From contig CDMY01000255.1 of NCBI GenBank assembly GCA_001179505.1, forward strand, positions 372,001 through 436,000: a stretch of 64,000 nt of DNA, read 5' to 3'. A program made the translations under genes and the position numbers. Positions within the stretch are counted from its first letter, which is position 1. Each line of letters begins with the position of its first letter. Under the pieces are notes generated by a model that was given only the letters and a program-made list of their open reading frames with translations, had not been told where the DNA came from and did no database searches. This document shows positions 11,694 to 31,200 of this stretch, piece by piece. The stretch comes from Vitrella brassicaformis CCMP3155. Taxonomy: Eukaryota; Protista; Chromerida.

Positions 11694-13368
11694 CTAGCGA
11701 GATTTAGACAGTCAGACAGACAGACAGGCAGACGACAGCCGGCCTTGCAAATTGGGATGTGCACTGGGTAGGTAGGGATTTGGGCCTGCCGCGGGATGGA
11801 TGTGCATTCATTGCATTGCGAGGGATGTGGGCGGGTGGGTGGGTGGGTTGTTGCGGCGATCAGATTCACCTGGTACTGACTGGACTGAACTGGCGGTGAG
11901 GGTGTCTGTCTGCGTGTGGTGAGGGTGTGGTGTGGCGTGGGTGCTTTTCACTAGGTCGTGTCTCTGAATACGTATGAATGTATGGTTCCCCTCAGTGTGT
12001 ATGTACTACAAGAATGAACATTCTGTTGCATATCATATGTGTAGGCAGAGAGTCACACTGATAAAGCCCTGCCGTCCGTCCATCCATCCACTTGTCCGTC
12101 CGTCCGTCCGCAAGGCACTAACTAAAAGTTGACTCAAACAGCTTGGCTGCCGTGGCCGACACACATAGATGTAGACATGAACACACCGTGGATGCTCTCA
12201 TTCGCCATCATGTACTCTCCCCCTGACAGAAAGACCGACAGGGTCCCAGTGGGCGATTGATCCAGCCATCTCAAATGAAGAGGGCAAAACGGATGGATCG
12301 ACAGCCAGACACACACTGGATAACGTCTCACTCCGGGTGTATGTATGTATGTATGTACAGAGAGGGAAGTGAGTGTGCTCTACGCGAAAAAGACAACTTC
12401 GTCCAACCACCAATACACACACAGCCCCTCAAACACACACAGAGACTAGCTACCTACCTGCCCAGAAGAATATGTGTGTATATAAATCAGGACACGACCC
12501 GACCCCACACAATAAACAAACAAGAGACGAGCACACTACATGTGCACGTAATAGCCACATGTTCACTCATCAATCCATCCATTCATCTACCTATCCATCC
12601 ATCCATCGCTCTCTTGCGATGTCCGCTTGTACATCCATCCAGGTAGCTTTTTGTATGATGAAGGAAGCAGCCAATGAAGGCAGCAAGAAGGCGGGCAGCA
12701 AGGCCATGCATGCATGTATCTCTCTGTCCATCGAGATATCTAGATAGATGGACGGACGTATCAAGGAAAGGAGGCGCCGCTCACTCATAAACGGAAGGAC
12801 ACCAAAAAGACGAGCAAGCAAGCAATCAAGGGCCCATCCATCACGTATGTTTGTATGTATGCACCAGGGAGTGAGTGAGTGAATGAGTGCAGCAGGGGGG
12901 GACATCGAACGCATGGAGAAAGGGAGGGTGGATGTATGTCTGTCTAGGTAGGGTAGATAGGATAGAGAGATAGATATCTGTACGGTACGTAGACGCTTTC
13001 ACATGCACTGCATGCATTAAAGTGCGATGGATGCTTCCTGCCTGCCTGCCTGCCTGCCTACCTGCGATCCACACACACACATGCACACGCACCCGTACGC
13101 ACCTACGTACGGAGGACAGAGTTGGGAGGGAGGGAGCATGCAATGCAATGCAGAGCAGCAGGGATTGAAAGCGGCTCACCCTGCCTGCCTGGTTCCTTTA
13201 TTCGTTCATGCACTGCACTGCACTGCACTGTACCTACCTACTGAAGGCCTGTCTGTCAGCGCTCCTTCCTTCCTGCCCTATATATGTGTGTTGTGTATGT
13301 ATGTACCACGCACACGTGAATTGAAATGCCCACGCGACGGATGATTGCATGCCGCCCTTGCCGCTATA

Positions 13369-20889
<7,521 letters not shown>

Positions 20890-20969
20890 CGAATTCCGCT
20901 CTAGAGAGTTGAGATCTTGAGGGAAAAGAAGAAAGACTTCTTCATGAGCTAAGCTTGCAAGTCCGGACA

Positions 20970-20988
20970 AGCTCGCAGATCTGCGAGC
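20970..20988. promoter_or_regulatory. AGCTCGCA motif within the 18-bp perfect palindrome GCTCGCAGATCTGCGAGC, between the ABCC and hbd starts
   Basis: Palindrome at 20971-20988; octamer at 20970-20977. Confidence 0.55.
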
Positions 20989-21071
20989 CACCCATAACCG
21001 ACCACCGACCCGCGAAAAGGGAAGGGACGAGCGGCGAAGGAGAGATCTCATAGATCCATCCAGAGAGATTC

Positions 21072-23042
21072 ATGAATTCGTCGGCTCTCTCTGCGCTTGG
21101 TCCATCGAGGCGGCTCATGGCAAGGGAAGCCGTGCGGCAGATGTCGTCGGCCAGCAGCAGCGCCAGCAGCATCAATCGCATCGCCGTCGTGGGCGCCGGA
21201 CAGATGGGCACCGGCATCGCCATCGTAGCCGCACAGTGAGTCAGACAGACATGATTGATGCACGATGCAGAGAGAGATGGCATCACATGCATCATACGCT
21301 CTGCTGCTTACATTCCTTACAATGTGTGTGCGTTGCAATGCACTGCCATCCATTCAGTGTTGGGCGATGTGCAGTGTCACTCTTCGACTCGTGCGGAGGG
21401 CAGCTCGCGAAAAGCGAGAAGTTTGTCGGTAGGGAATCATGCACTCACTGGACACACGGAGCCGCACAGAACCATCCTGTCTGTGTGTGTGTGACAGCGT
21501 CATGGTTAGAGAAGGAGGTGGGCAAGGGCCGCATGAGCGCTGAGGACAGCCAAGGGGTGGCGGCGCGGCTGTCATATGTTAACCTCAAGGATGATGCAGG
21601 CACAGCCACACACCTATCGCACAAAGACATGGCCTTCGCTATCGAGGTCAGAGAGCGGCCGCTGCGTGCTGTGCTGTGCCATGCCGGCCGATGTGCGTGT
21701 GGATGTCTGTGTGTTTGGTATGTATACCTGCCTGCAGGCTGTGGTTGAGGATTTCGGTGTGAAGCGGGAGGTGTTGGGTGTGTTGGACCGTCAGATGCCC
21801 CCCCAGGCCATCCTCGCCACCAACACATCCTCCATATCCATCACCAAACTGGCAGCCACCACTAACAGAGCACAAAAGGTACGTCACGTGACGTGTGTAA
21901 GGTAGGTAGCTAAGTGGGGCAGGGCAGAGAGCGGCGCCTAATTCTCGACAGCTCTGTCTGTGCACACGTGTGTGTATTCTGTCTGGCCTGGCAGGTGATT
22001 GGGATGCATTTCATGAATCCCGTGCCGAAGATGCCCCTGGTGGAGGTCATCAAAGGTCAGTCAGGAGGCCTGCATTGTCGGTTGAAGCGAAACAAATCAA
22101 TCAATTCTCTCGCTGGCTGTCAGGTCTTGCGACCGATGAGGAGACCCTTTCGACCACTATGGCGTGAGTGAGCCAAACGAATGCACCAACAAGGCCTGCA
22201 GGGAGGGGAGGGACGTATGGAAATATGATGGATGCACTGCACTACACCTGGCCATGCATTTGTCTCGTCGTGTGACCCGTTGGTTAATCGATCAGTTTGG
22301 GTAAAGTTGGTTTTGGCAAGGAGACGGCGGTGAGTGAGGACCGCCCCGGATTCGTCTCAAACCGTGTACTCATGCCATACATCAACGAAGCTGTCTTCAC
22401 CCTACAGGAGGTAGGGAGGCAGGGAGGGAGGGAGGTACACGCGCAGATGGATACTTGATACGCAGCTAATGGATTTTGCGCGTCTGTGTGTGTGGTCTAT
22501 CCGTCCATCCGTCCGTCCGCAGGGCATAGCGTCAGTTGAGGACATCGACAAGATCCTCAAACTCGGCACCAATGGTACACACACACACACTGGCCCAGCA
22601 CACACATAAACAATTAATTCCACATGCATGCAGTGCCGATGGGCCCCCTCACCCTGGCCGACTTCATCGGACTTGACACGTACGTGAGGAATGCATGAAT
22701 CCATACATCCATTTATTTGCGTCTCTGCTGGCCGGGCCCCACCACATCAATCAATCCGTGTGTGTGTCACCGGTGTGTGTATAATTAATAGGTGTTTGTA
22801 CGTCATGCGTGTGCTGCACACCGAGCTGGGCGACTCCAAATATAGACCCGCGCCTCTCCTGGTCAGTCAGGGGGGAGGCACCACGGCACGGCACGGCACA
22901 CCCAGCCCAGTATGTATGTATGCTGTGCTGTGCTGTGACGGGTTGGATATGAATGTCTGTGTGTGTGTGTGCACAGGTTCAGTATGTGGACGCTGGCTGG
23001 CTGGGCCGTAAGAGCGGCCGGGGATTCTATCGCTATCAATGA
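21072..23042 (+). CDS. hbd: 3-hydroxybutyryl/3-hydroxyacyl-CoA dehydrogenase with a probable mitochondrial presequence
   Basis: Arg/Ser-rich presequence, then RIAVVGAGQMGTGIA (Rossmann), EAVVED, ILATNTSSISIT, IGMHFMNP..MPLVEVI, DRPGFVSNR..MPYINEA, MGPLTLADFIGLDT and YVDAGWLGRKSGRGFY. Confidence 0.93.
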
Positions 23043-23519
23043 ACGAATGAATGACACCGAATACAATACTTGTGCTGTGTGTTGATTGAGTGACCGACTT
23101 TATGAGCTCTGTGACTGCATTCCGTCAGTCAGACAGACAGACAGACAGACATGTGTTTGTTGGTGAGTTGACCTGGACCAAGGTCACATCACATCAATCA
23201 TCTGTTAGTTGGTCGAAAACACCCGTGCGTAACTCATTCATCCACGCAGGGGACAGGCATGGCACATATTCATCCTCCCTCACCCCCCTCTCACAGAGCC
23301 TTGCTTGCAGTGCAGCCGACATGGTCGGACTCAAACATACAAGTCGCTCGGGACGAATAGGCTGTGACTGACACGACACCTCTCTCGGCTCACTGACTGA
23401 CGGACTGACTGACTGACTGACTGCGTTGGACAGACCACCCGGCCGACCACTGCAGGCAGGCAGACACACACGGGAGCGGTGCAGCCATGCACTGCACCGA
23501 CCGACCCCCACTCATTCAT

Positions 23520-25604
23520 TCATTCAGTCTTGAGCAGCCTCATAGCGACGAGCAGCCCCACACCCACCACCACAGCCACACCCACCCCCGCCAAGGCAGC
23601 CTTGTGCTCACCAGCCCACGACGACAACACCACACGCAGGCCCCTGTCTTTGCCCTCCTCCTTGTTATCGGGCCCCTTGTCGCCGCTACTGCTGTCCGCT
23701 GCTGCTGCCTCGGTCTGTCTGGCCGCCTGCCTCTCCTCTGTCTTCCTGCTGCTGACGGTGGACGAGGGGTTGTCGGCACTGTTGGCGGTGGGGAGGCTGT
23801 CAGGGGAGATGAGGCGCTTCTCGACGAGCAGCTCCCGCACTCGCTTGACGATGTCGGCCATCTTGGAGGGCATGTCGCGGTTGTCCACCTGCTTGGCCAC
23901 CACCTGGGCCTTCTCGCACACCGACTTGGAGAACCTGCACATACACAGGCAGACGGACAGACAGACAGGCGCGTGGACGTGTGTGTTGCTGTGTATGTGT
24001 GTCTGTTTTGGTGCGTCTGACCTTCGTTCATGTTTTGAGATTTTGAGCTGGAGCTGCACCTGCTTCTGAACCTTTGCACCGGACTCCTCCTACACACACA
24101 CATGCACAGCACACAGCCACCAACACACGCTCAGCTCATTGAATGATACCGGCCGGCCGGCACTCGGCCAACCGACATCACACACTCACTGACTGACGCA
24201 CCGGTGAGTCGCCCGGCATCGGGGGGTCGAGCGGCTCCACGCTCTCGAGCACCTCGATGAACCCCTCAAAGTACTTCTCCAGCTGTTGCTCCTCGCTGAG
24301 ACTGAGAACGTCCTGGTCAGGCCCCTCGTGCACGAAGCCCTCGGAGCGGCGCATGGACACAAACCCGATGCCCTCGAAGGTCGACGGCACGGGTGAGAAG
24401 GGATCCATCGACGTGTTCACCTGATGGATGGATGGATGCCATCATACACATCCATCCCATCCGTCCAAGATACATACACCGTAGGAAAGCGACCGAGTGA
24501 GATTGGGAGGGACGGACTTACGTGCAGTTGGTCGTTAGCGCGATCAGTGTCTGGGGAGTCATCCTCAGGGACGATGCGGATGACCCCTCGCCAGGGCGGC
24601 ACCGGAAAGGGCATGCCCGGCATGCTGCACACACACAGCACAACGAAAGGACGGACGGGCATGCAGCCAGACAGACTGTCGCCTCCTTCGCCTGCATGGC
24701 ATGGTGTGTCGGTGTGTGTGTGTTGACTGACTTGACGGCTGCCATTTGTAGTGTGTGTGGTGTCTGGTCGACGTCGACGTCGTACTTGACGTCCATGGGC
24801 ATATCGCTGTGCTCCACACTGACATGCATCTTGGTGTCATCGACGAAATCAAAGACCTGCTCATACCCACCCTGCATCACATCACACGCAGACCACACAC
24901 AAACAGACCTATAATGAATAACACACTCTGTTTGTGTGTGGGGCATGGCGTGGCGTGTGCCCCCGCCCCCACCCACCGACCCACCGACCCACCGACGGAC
25001 CATTTGCTGCGACACGGTGCCCCTCCACTTGCCCCGCAGCCGCTGCAAGAACATCTGCTTCAACGCCTCCTTGCGTGCCCCCTGCAGAAATGCATTGCCA
25101 GGGTCCACCTGAAGACCCCTGTCGACGGCCTGCAATGCCTCCCTGGGCCGCCTCAGCTGCAGGAGGGCGCCGGCCTTCCTGCCCCAGCCCTTGCCAAAGT
25201 CCTCCTTGAGCCGCACGCACTCCTCGGCGTCGCCCAGCGCATCTTCAAGGGCATTCACACGGATGCGGGCGGCTGATCGGTTGGAGTACAAGACGTGATT
25301 CGCAGGGTCCAACGATATCGCCTCACTCTGTGGAGTGCACTCAGTCAGTCAAACACACAGGCAGAAGAGCCACCAAACATGAACAAGCACATCCATCACA
25401 CACGTTGGTCTCTCTGCCACACGTGGCTTCTCTCGGCCTCCTTACATATCTGTCGATGGCCTCCTGGAACTTGTTCTGTGTGAGCAGGTCGTTGCCTTCC
25501 TTCTTGAGCCGCTCGGCGCGTTCCTTCGGCTCCTCATCATCGCATGGCCTGTCGGGGTCAGGCACTGAATCATGGCTCTCTTGACTCTCCTCTGCAGTCG
25601 CCAT
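23520..25604 (-). CDS. Tail-anchored TPR protein (HOP/STI1-TPR1-like carboxylate clamp, beta-rich middle domain, C-terminal TM)
   Basis: LKKEGN..QEAIDR/YSEAISLDPANHVLYSNRSAA..KGWGRKAG forms three TPRs. C-terminal ALAGVGVAVVVGVGLLVAM is followed only by RLLKTE-stop. Confidence 0.8.
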
Positions 25605-25640
25605 GTATAGGAGCCTTCTGAGATCCTTGCCCCTTTCAAC

Positions 25641-25669
25641 TGCGAGCTAAGAGAGCAGATTTGCGAGCT
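25641..25669. promoter_or_regulatory. Two TGCGAGCT copies between the divergent TPR and GT34 starts
   Basis: Exact octamers at 25641-25648 and 25662-25669. Confidence 0.55.
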
Positions 25670-25814
25670 GTGCTTTGAAAGACACACGGCCCGCCTCCCA
25701 TCCCATCCTCCCGTCTCGTGTGCGTTCGCTCAGAGATGAGATATGTCAGGGGCAGCAAACACCACCTTTCGGCGAAGGAGCAGCACAGACCAGTCCAACG
25801 TCCCAGCAGGCGAG

Positions 25815-27796
25815 ATGGGGCGCTCACTACTCATGGTCCGTCTGCTGCCGACAAGCGCCCTCTCCCTCAACACTCTCTTCTGCCTCGCTGTGTTGCTGTA
25901 TGTGTTGGCCTGGGCGCTGCTGGTGCTCTACAGTGGGATGCTGTTCGGCACTGGCGGAGGTGGCGGCGGCCCAGATGACCGGGCAGCCAGGCGGACTCGG
26001 AAAGAGGCGTTTGATTCATGGTTTGAGGACATCTTGGAGCAGTGGATACCGCCATGGGCCAGCCCATCGCTCTATCAGCTGGAGGACCTCTATGTGCCAT
26101 CAGCAGGGGAGGAAGACGGTCACACACGTCACCCCTGCAGAGTGGTCATCCTGACGTCGGGCGATTTGCGCATCGACATCGACGAGCCCCTGAGGGCCAA
26201 CCGGCAGCTCTACGCAGCCCAGCATGGCTACTGCTACAAACACCTATCGTGTATCAGGGGCTCGGGGCAGCGGTGGATGAATGATAATAATGAGACGGAG
26301 AGTGAGTCCGGCGGCCGTGACAACGAGGGCGACCGCCGGCTGTGCCACTCGCCGCATTATTGGCGGTACATCGCTTTGTGGAAGCTGATGCGCAGCGGGA
26401 CGGAGTGGATTCTCTACCTTGACGGCGACGCCATGTTCACCAACTTGAACCGCACGGTCGAGGACGTTACGCGCAACCCGGCCTACGCCTCCCCCTCCAC
26501 AGCCCTGCTCGTCGGCACAGATGCCGACTGTCAGAGCCCCAAGTTCCCCCTCAACAACGGCGTGATGCTCGTGAGGGCGTCCACCTTCGCACACATGCTG
26601 GCCTACCATGTGCTGGTGCGCAAGGACTACCACCGGGCCCTCAACCACACCGACAAGTGGGGCGCCAGGGGGCTGCACGACCAGCCCATTCTGATCGAGG
26701 TGCTCGCCGAGCTGAGGGTGATCAACCCGGAGGCCATCCAGGCGGCCTGCAGCAGCGGGGCCATCGTCAACCACACGGCCAGGGGGGAGGTGCTGCACCG
26801 CGGCAGGCATGTGACGGTGCTGCCGGGCAGACTGATGAATTCCTTCAGGAGGGGCAACACATACGCCGACATGCCGGAGCTCGTCTGGCAACCTGGCGAC
26901 TGGATCGCTCACTTCACAGGTTGGCTTAACCAACCAGTGTGCCAATCCATCAGGACTTGATCTCTTCCTGATATATGTTGGTTGGTGTCGTCATTCCCTC
27001 AGGCACTGCCAACAAGGTGCGTCGTTATTTACTGCGCGAGACGTGTCACGCGTCCCACGTGGCAGGCCACCTGGCGGTGTGTCCCTTCGCACTGTCGTCC
27101 CTGCTGACCCCCGACGAGGCGGCCTCGGTCATGGAGACAGAAAGGGTGGCGCTGAGTGAGCGGCAGCTGCGGCGGGCTCACAGCCAGCGCAGCATGAGGA
27201 TACAGAGAGCAGCGGAACAGATCCGCAGCAACTCAGACAAACTGCCAGGGGCACTCGACCACCTCAGACACACAATCGACCGGTGGGTGGGTGAAAACAC
27301 ACAACCGACCGACAAGGGCCTTACTCACCTGAGTCGGAATAGGCGTCCATATCTGTCTGTCTGTATGTGTGTGTATGGTATGTAGGTACGTGACGCGTCT
27401 GCTTGAGTGTGCGGACTGGTCGATGGGTGAGGGCGATGAGGCCAGGGGCGAGGAGATGCTGGGCTACCTCGAGGAGGTCGCCCGCCAGGTGTGGCAGAAC
27501 GCATTCCAACTCGGCACTTACACACTCAAGGCCGCTCAACACACAGCAGTAACCACCGCACACTGACTGCACAACCCGACACGCAGACCACACAGTCAGT
27601 GTCTTGCGCATCCATCCATATGCTGTTCGTTGTGGATGCCACCATTCAGGAGCAGATGGTCAACATCGATCAGTGCGGAGTGCCAGATGGTGTGGAGGCC
27701 ACCACAGACCTGCCGCTGTCTGCAGACGGCAGCCGGCCGGATGAGTCCGATGCGTCTTGCCAAGTAACTGACGCCGGACAGATAGCACTGAGCTGA
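25815..27796 (+). CDS. GT34-like (GMA12/MNN10 galactosyl/xylosyltransferase) type II Golgi glycosyltransferase with a C-terminal extension
   Basis: N-terminal TM, then NRQLYAAQHGY, YW..IALW, EWILYLDGDAMFTN (DxD), LNNGVMLVR, DQ.IL, NSF and WQPGDWIAHFTG. Three further exons after 26919. Confidence 0.75.
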
Positions 27797-28299
27797 CTGA
27801 CGGAGGGGGCAGGAAGGGATAACGAGTCCAGCACGAAGGATTGGCGCGGTCGGGTCAGCTAGTGAGGATGTCCGTCCGTCTGTCTGTCTGTCTGTCTGAT
27901 TGATCGATTGGAGAGATGGGAGAGGCGGGCGGGCGGCGCTCTTTCTTTGTCTTACACTATCATCATCATTATCATTGTATACATACCGTATTAGTCACTC
28001 ACTCCGTCCACTGGGATGTGTCTGTCTGTCTATCTATTTATGTCTGACCAGCTAGACAAGTGTACGTGTACATCTGTGTGTGCGTGTGTTGCTCGGGTGG
28101 GCCGATCAGAGAGACTGACTGGCGCTACTGGACGGACGGACGGATGGATGGATGGATGAAGGGATGAATGAATCCATATCACTTGAATGAACAACATTTT
28201 GATACAAAGAGTGACATACGCACCCATGAACGCATCCCATTGGCCAACACACGCACATCTCTTACTTAGCGCTTAATTTCTCATCCACAGACAGATACC

Positions 28300-31200
28300 T
28301 CACGAGGATGCCGATGACTCGGCTGCGTCATCCTCCTCTTCCCGCGGCGGCTCGGGAGACACGCGAGCCGGTCCATCCTCCCCCGACAGGAAACCGGACC
28401 CCTCCCTCCGCTTGTAAAAAATAGTCGCCTCGCCCCTCCCACTCCACCACAAACGCGTCAAGAGCTCCCCAATGTTCTTCACTATGCCTTTTTCCTCAGG
28501 TATCGCGGCCATGATGGCGAGAACGACCAGCTCCACCAGGCACATGTCGAGCAGCAGCGAGAGGAGCAGCGACATGAGGTAGATGCGGGGTGCGGGGTCA
28601 CTGAGGGATATGTCTCTGTCCTCATTATAGAGGAACCCTGACAGCCGCACCGTTCGCTCGGGATCGCCCGGTTTGAGGGCCAGTCGGTAGAAGAGCGCCG
28701 ACCTGACTATGTCACCGTCACTGGCTTCCTCCGGCCACTCTATACTGATCTCTTTGTCGTGGTGCTCGGCCGTGAAGGTGAAGAGGACGAAGGCCATCAT
28801 ATAGAAGGCCAACAGGAAGAAGACCAGCCAAACGACCAGCTGGAGCACAAACAGGCCCTTTGCGGCCACGATGCGCTTCTCGGCAGCCTCGTCTGATGAG
28901 TAAGGAGACGGGGCGGTGGTGGTCTGGTACTTGTCTGAGGACCGTCGTCTCCTGCCCCCCTTTTTTCTGGCCCTCCTCTTGTTCATCTGTCTCGTGCAGT
29001 AGGCGATGGCAGAGGTGATAAATAGGGGAAAGAGCCTTGGCGGCTCCAGGAACATCTCGATATAGAGGGCTTCCGTGTCTTCCTCTTTGATGCCATGCCG
29101 CTCCACGAAGGCCTCAAATGGGAGGGGGACCCACAGACCGTACGAGGGCAGGAGGGAGATAAGGCTGACAAACATGGACGTGATGAAAATCTGAAACACG
29201 TCCCATCCACTCCACATGTGGTCTTCACTAGCACACTTCCATGTGCTGTCGACCACCCCGCTGCACCGCCCCTCCCGCCCCTCGAATGTGCCGGCGGATA
29301 AGAACGTCATGCCGGGGAGGAAGAGGATTGACACCGCTGCGGTGTGGGAGAACACACGCAGGAACAGCAAGACCGCCTTCGTGTGCTTGGCCCAGGCATA
29401 AGTGCCCGAGTCGTGGGTCAGGCACAATAAGGAATGGAACTCCCGTATGTGTTCGTTGAATCGAGACAGATACCGTCCTGCCGCTGTCTTGGGCTCTCGG
29501 TCAGCATCCTCAGCCTCATCCGACTCCTCTCCATGTGCCTCCTCGTCGCTGGCCGCTTTTTGTTCCCCCGCCCGGCTGACAGCCATTGGCTGCCCCTGCC
29601 ATGTTGAGTACAGAAACTGCGGCTGCGACCCGACAGTGTAGCCCATCATAGGCGCAGAGGCAAAGGAGGGGCTGGTGGCTGCCAATGCCATTGTGGGGGA
29701 GCCCGAAGGCGTCCGAGAATCGCTGTCTCTGCTGTCGCTCAACCTGGCGTCATCGATCGCCATCGGTGGGGGGCTGAAGTGCCGTGCGTCATCAACTCGC
29801 TCATGCGGTGGAGGCAGTCTCTGAGCACCGCGAATGGGCGGCAGACGTGTCTGACGTCGTGTCGTTTGTATGAAGGCACTCTCACGAAGGGGCGCACGCT
29901 GCTGCTGCTGCTGCTGTTGTTCATCTTCCTCTTCCTCAGGTGGTGTGGGGGGCGGCTCGACTTCATCATCGGCCACCGATATGGCCTCGTCCATGTCACT
30001 GTCCTCCTCATCGTGGTCCATCTCGCCCACCACCGGTATCCACAGGGAGTCCTCGAGCGTCACCTGCCCCTCATCGCGCGACTGCATGCCCAAGGCCACC
30101 TGTGCCTGGTAGGGCAGCCCGCTGAAAGATGCTGCTGTTGACGATGCAGTGCCGGTGCGGGGAGGGCCCTCAGACACTACTATGGCACCCATCTGAGGGA
30201 CGGCTGGATCGGAGACACGGTGGCTGCCAGGGAATGGGTGCTGCGGGAATGAACTCGGTGAGACGGGCATAGTGGCGTGCAGGGGGGGCCCCATTTGGCT
30301 GGGGAGTGCGTAGGCAACAGGCTGAGAAAGCGGTGCCTTCAGCAAGAGCTCCGAAGCGGGCGGGGGCGGGAATGCTGTCGGGTCGGAGAAAGCACCATCT
30401 CGCAGCTAAACAGCATGTCAGCATGCATTGTTTAAGGAGGCATGCAATGCATGGGTATGTAATGAGCGGCTTTCCTCTTGTTCCCTGGCTGTGCTGGCGT
30501 GCTGTTTCCTTACCTTGCTGGCTTCCTTTTCTGCGCCCTCTACGGCTTGTGTGGCTTGATCGTCGAGCTTGGCCAGCTTGAGCTTCGTCCGCCGCCGCTC
30601 ACTCAAATCCGCCCACCAACCCAACACAATTGACGACAGCGCAAAACACAGCAGACCTATCGAGCTCGATACAAGGAGACGCACCACACCCGTGGATGGA
30701 TTCACGACTGCCTGGCCGACATACGTAAGTACAGGCACCTGTGGCGAGGTAGGCGCCCATAGCGTTGCCTGGCTCGAGTCGGGCCATCCACCACACCTTC
30801 CGCTCATGCACGATGGGCTTCGGTAGGGGCGGAGGGGGAAGAGGTGCGCGAGGCACAGGCAGCATGCTCATGGTGGGAGCCCACTGCATCGTCGCGTTTG
30901 CTGCGGTGGTCAGCAGAGGGCACGTGCACGACACTTTGACGCCCGTGACGGTGTCGTTGCCTCCACTGTTGGCGAGGAGCTCGGTGATGGTGGTGGGCTG
31001 GCAGCCATGCTCGAAGGCGTAGCGCCACTGCTCATGGCCGGGGTCCCACACTACACAGACATAGGAGCTGACATAGGTCGAGTTGAAGCAGACGGCAGAC
31101 GGCTTCTGGAATGTGTCGCTCTCGTCGCATGCAGGGATGGTGTGGGTGAGGGTGATGGTTGCCCCGTCACTGGTCGAAGAGTTGAGTTCGCGAGCGACAA

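Noticed and set aside
20890-21051. ABCC N-terminal extension giving only a 20-bp gap to hbd
   Set aside because: Not excluded, but the downstream ATG at 20889 fits better because the promoter-like palindrome lies at 20971-20988.
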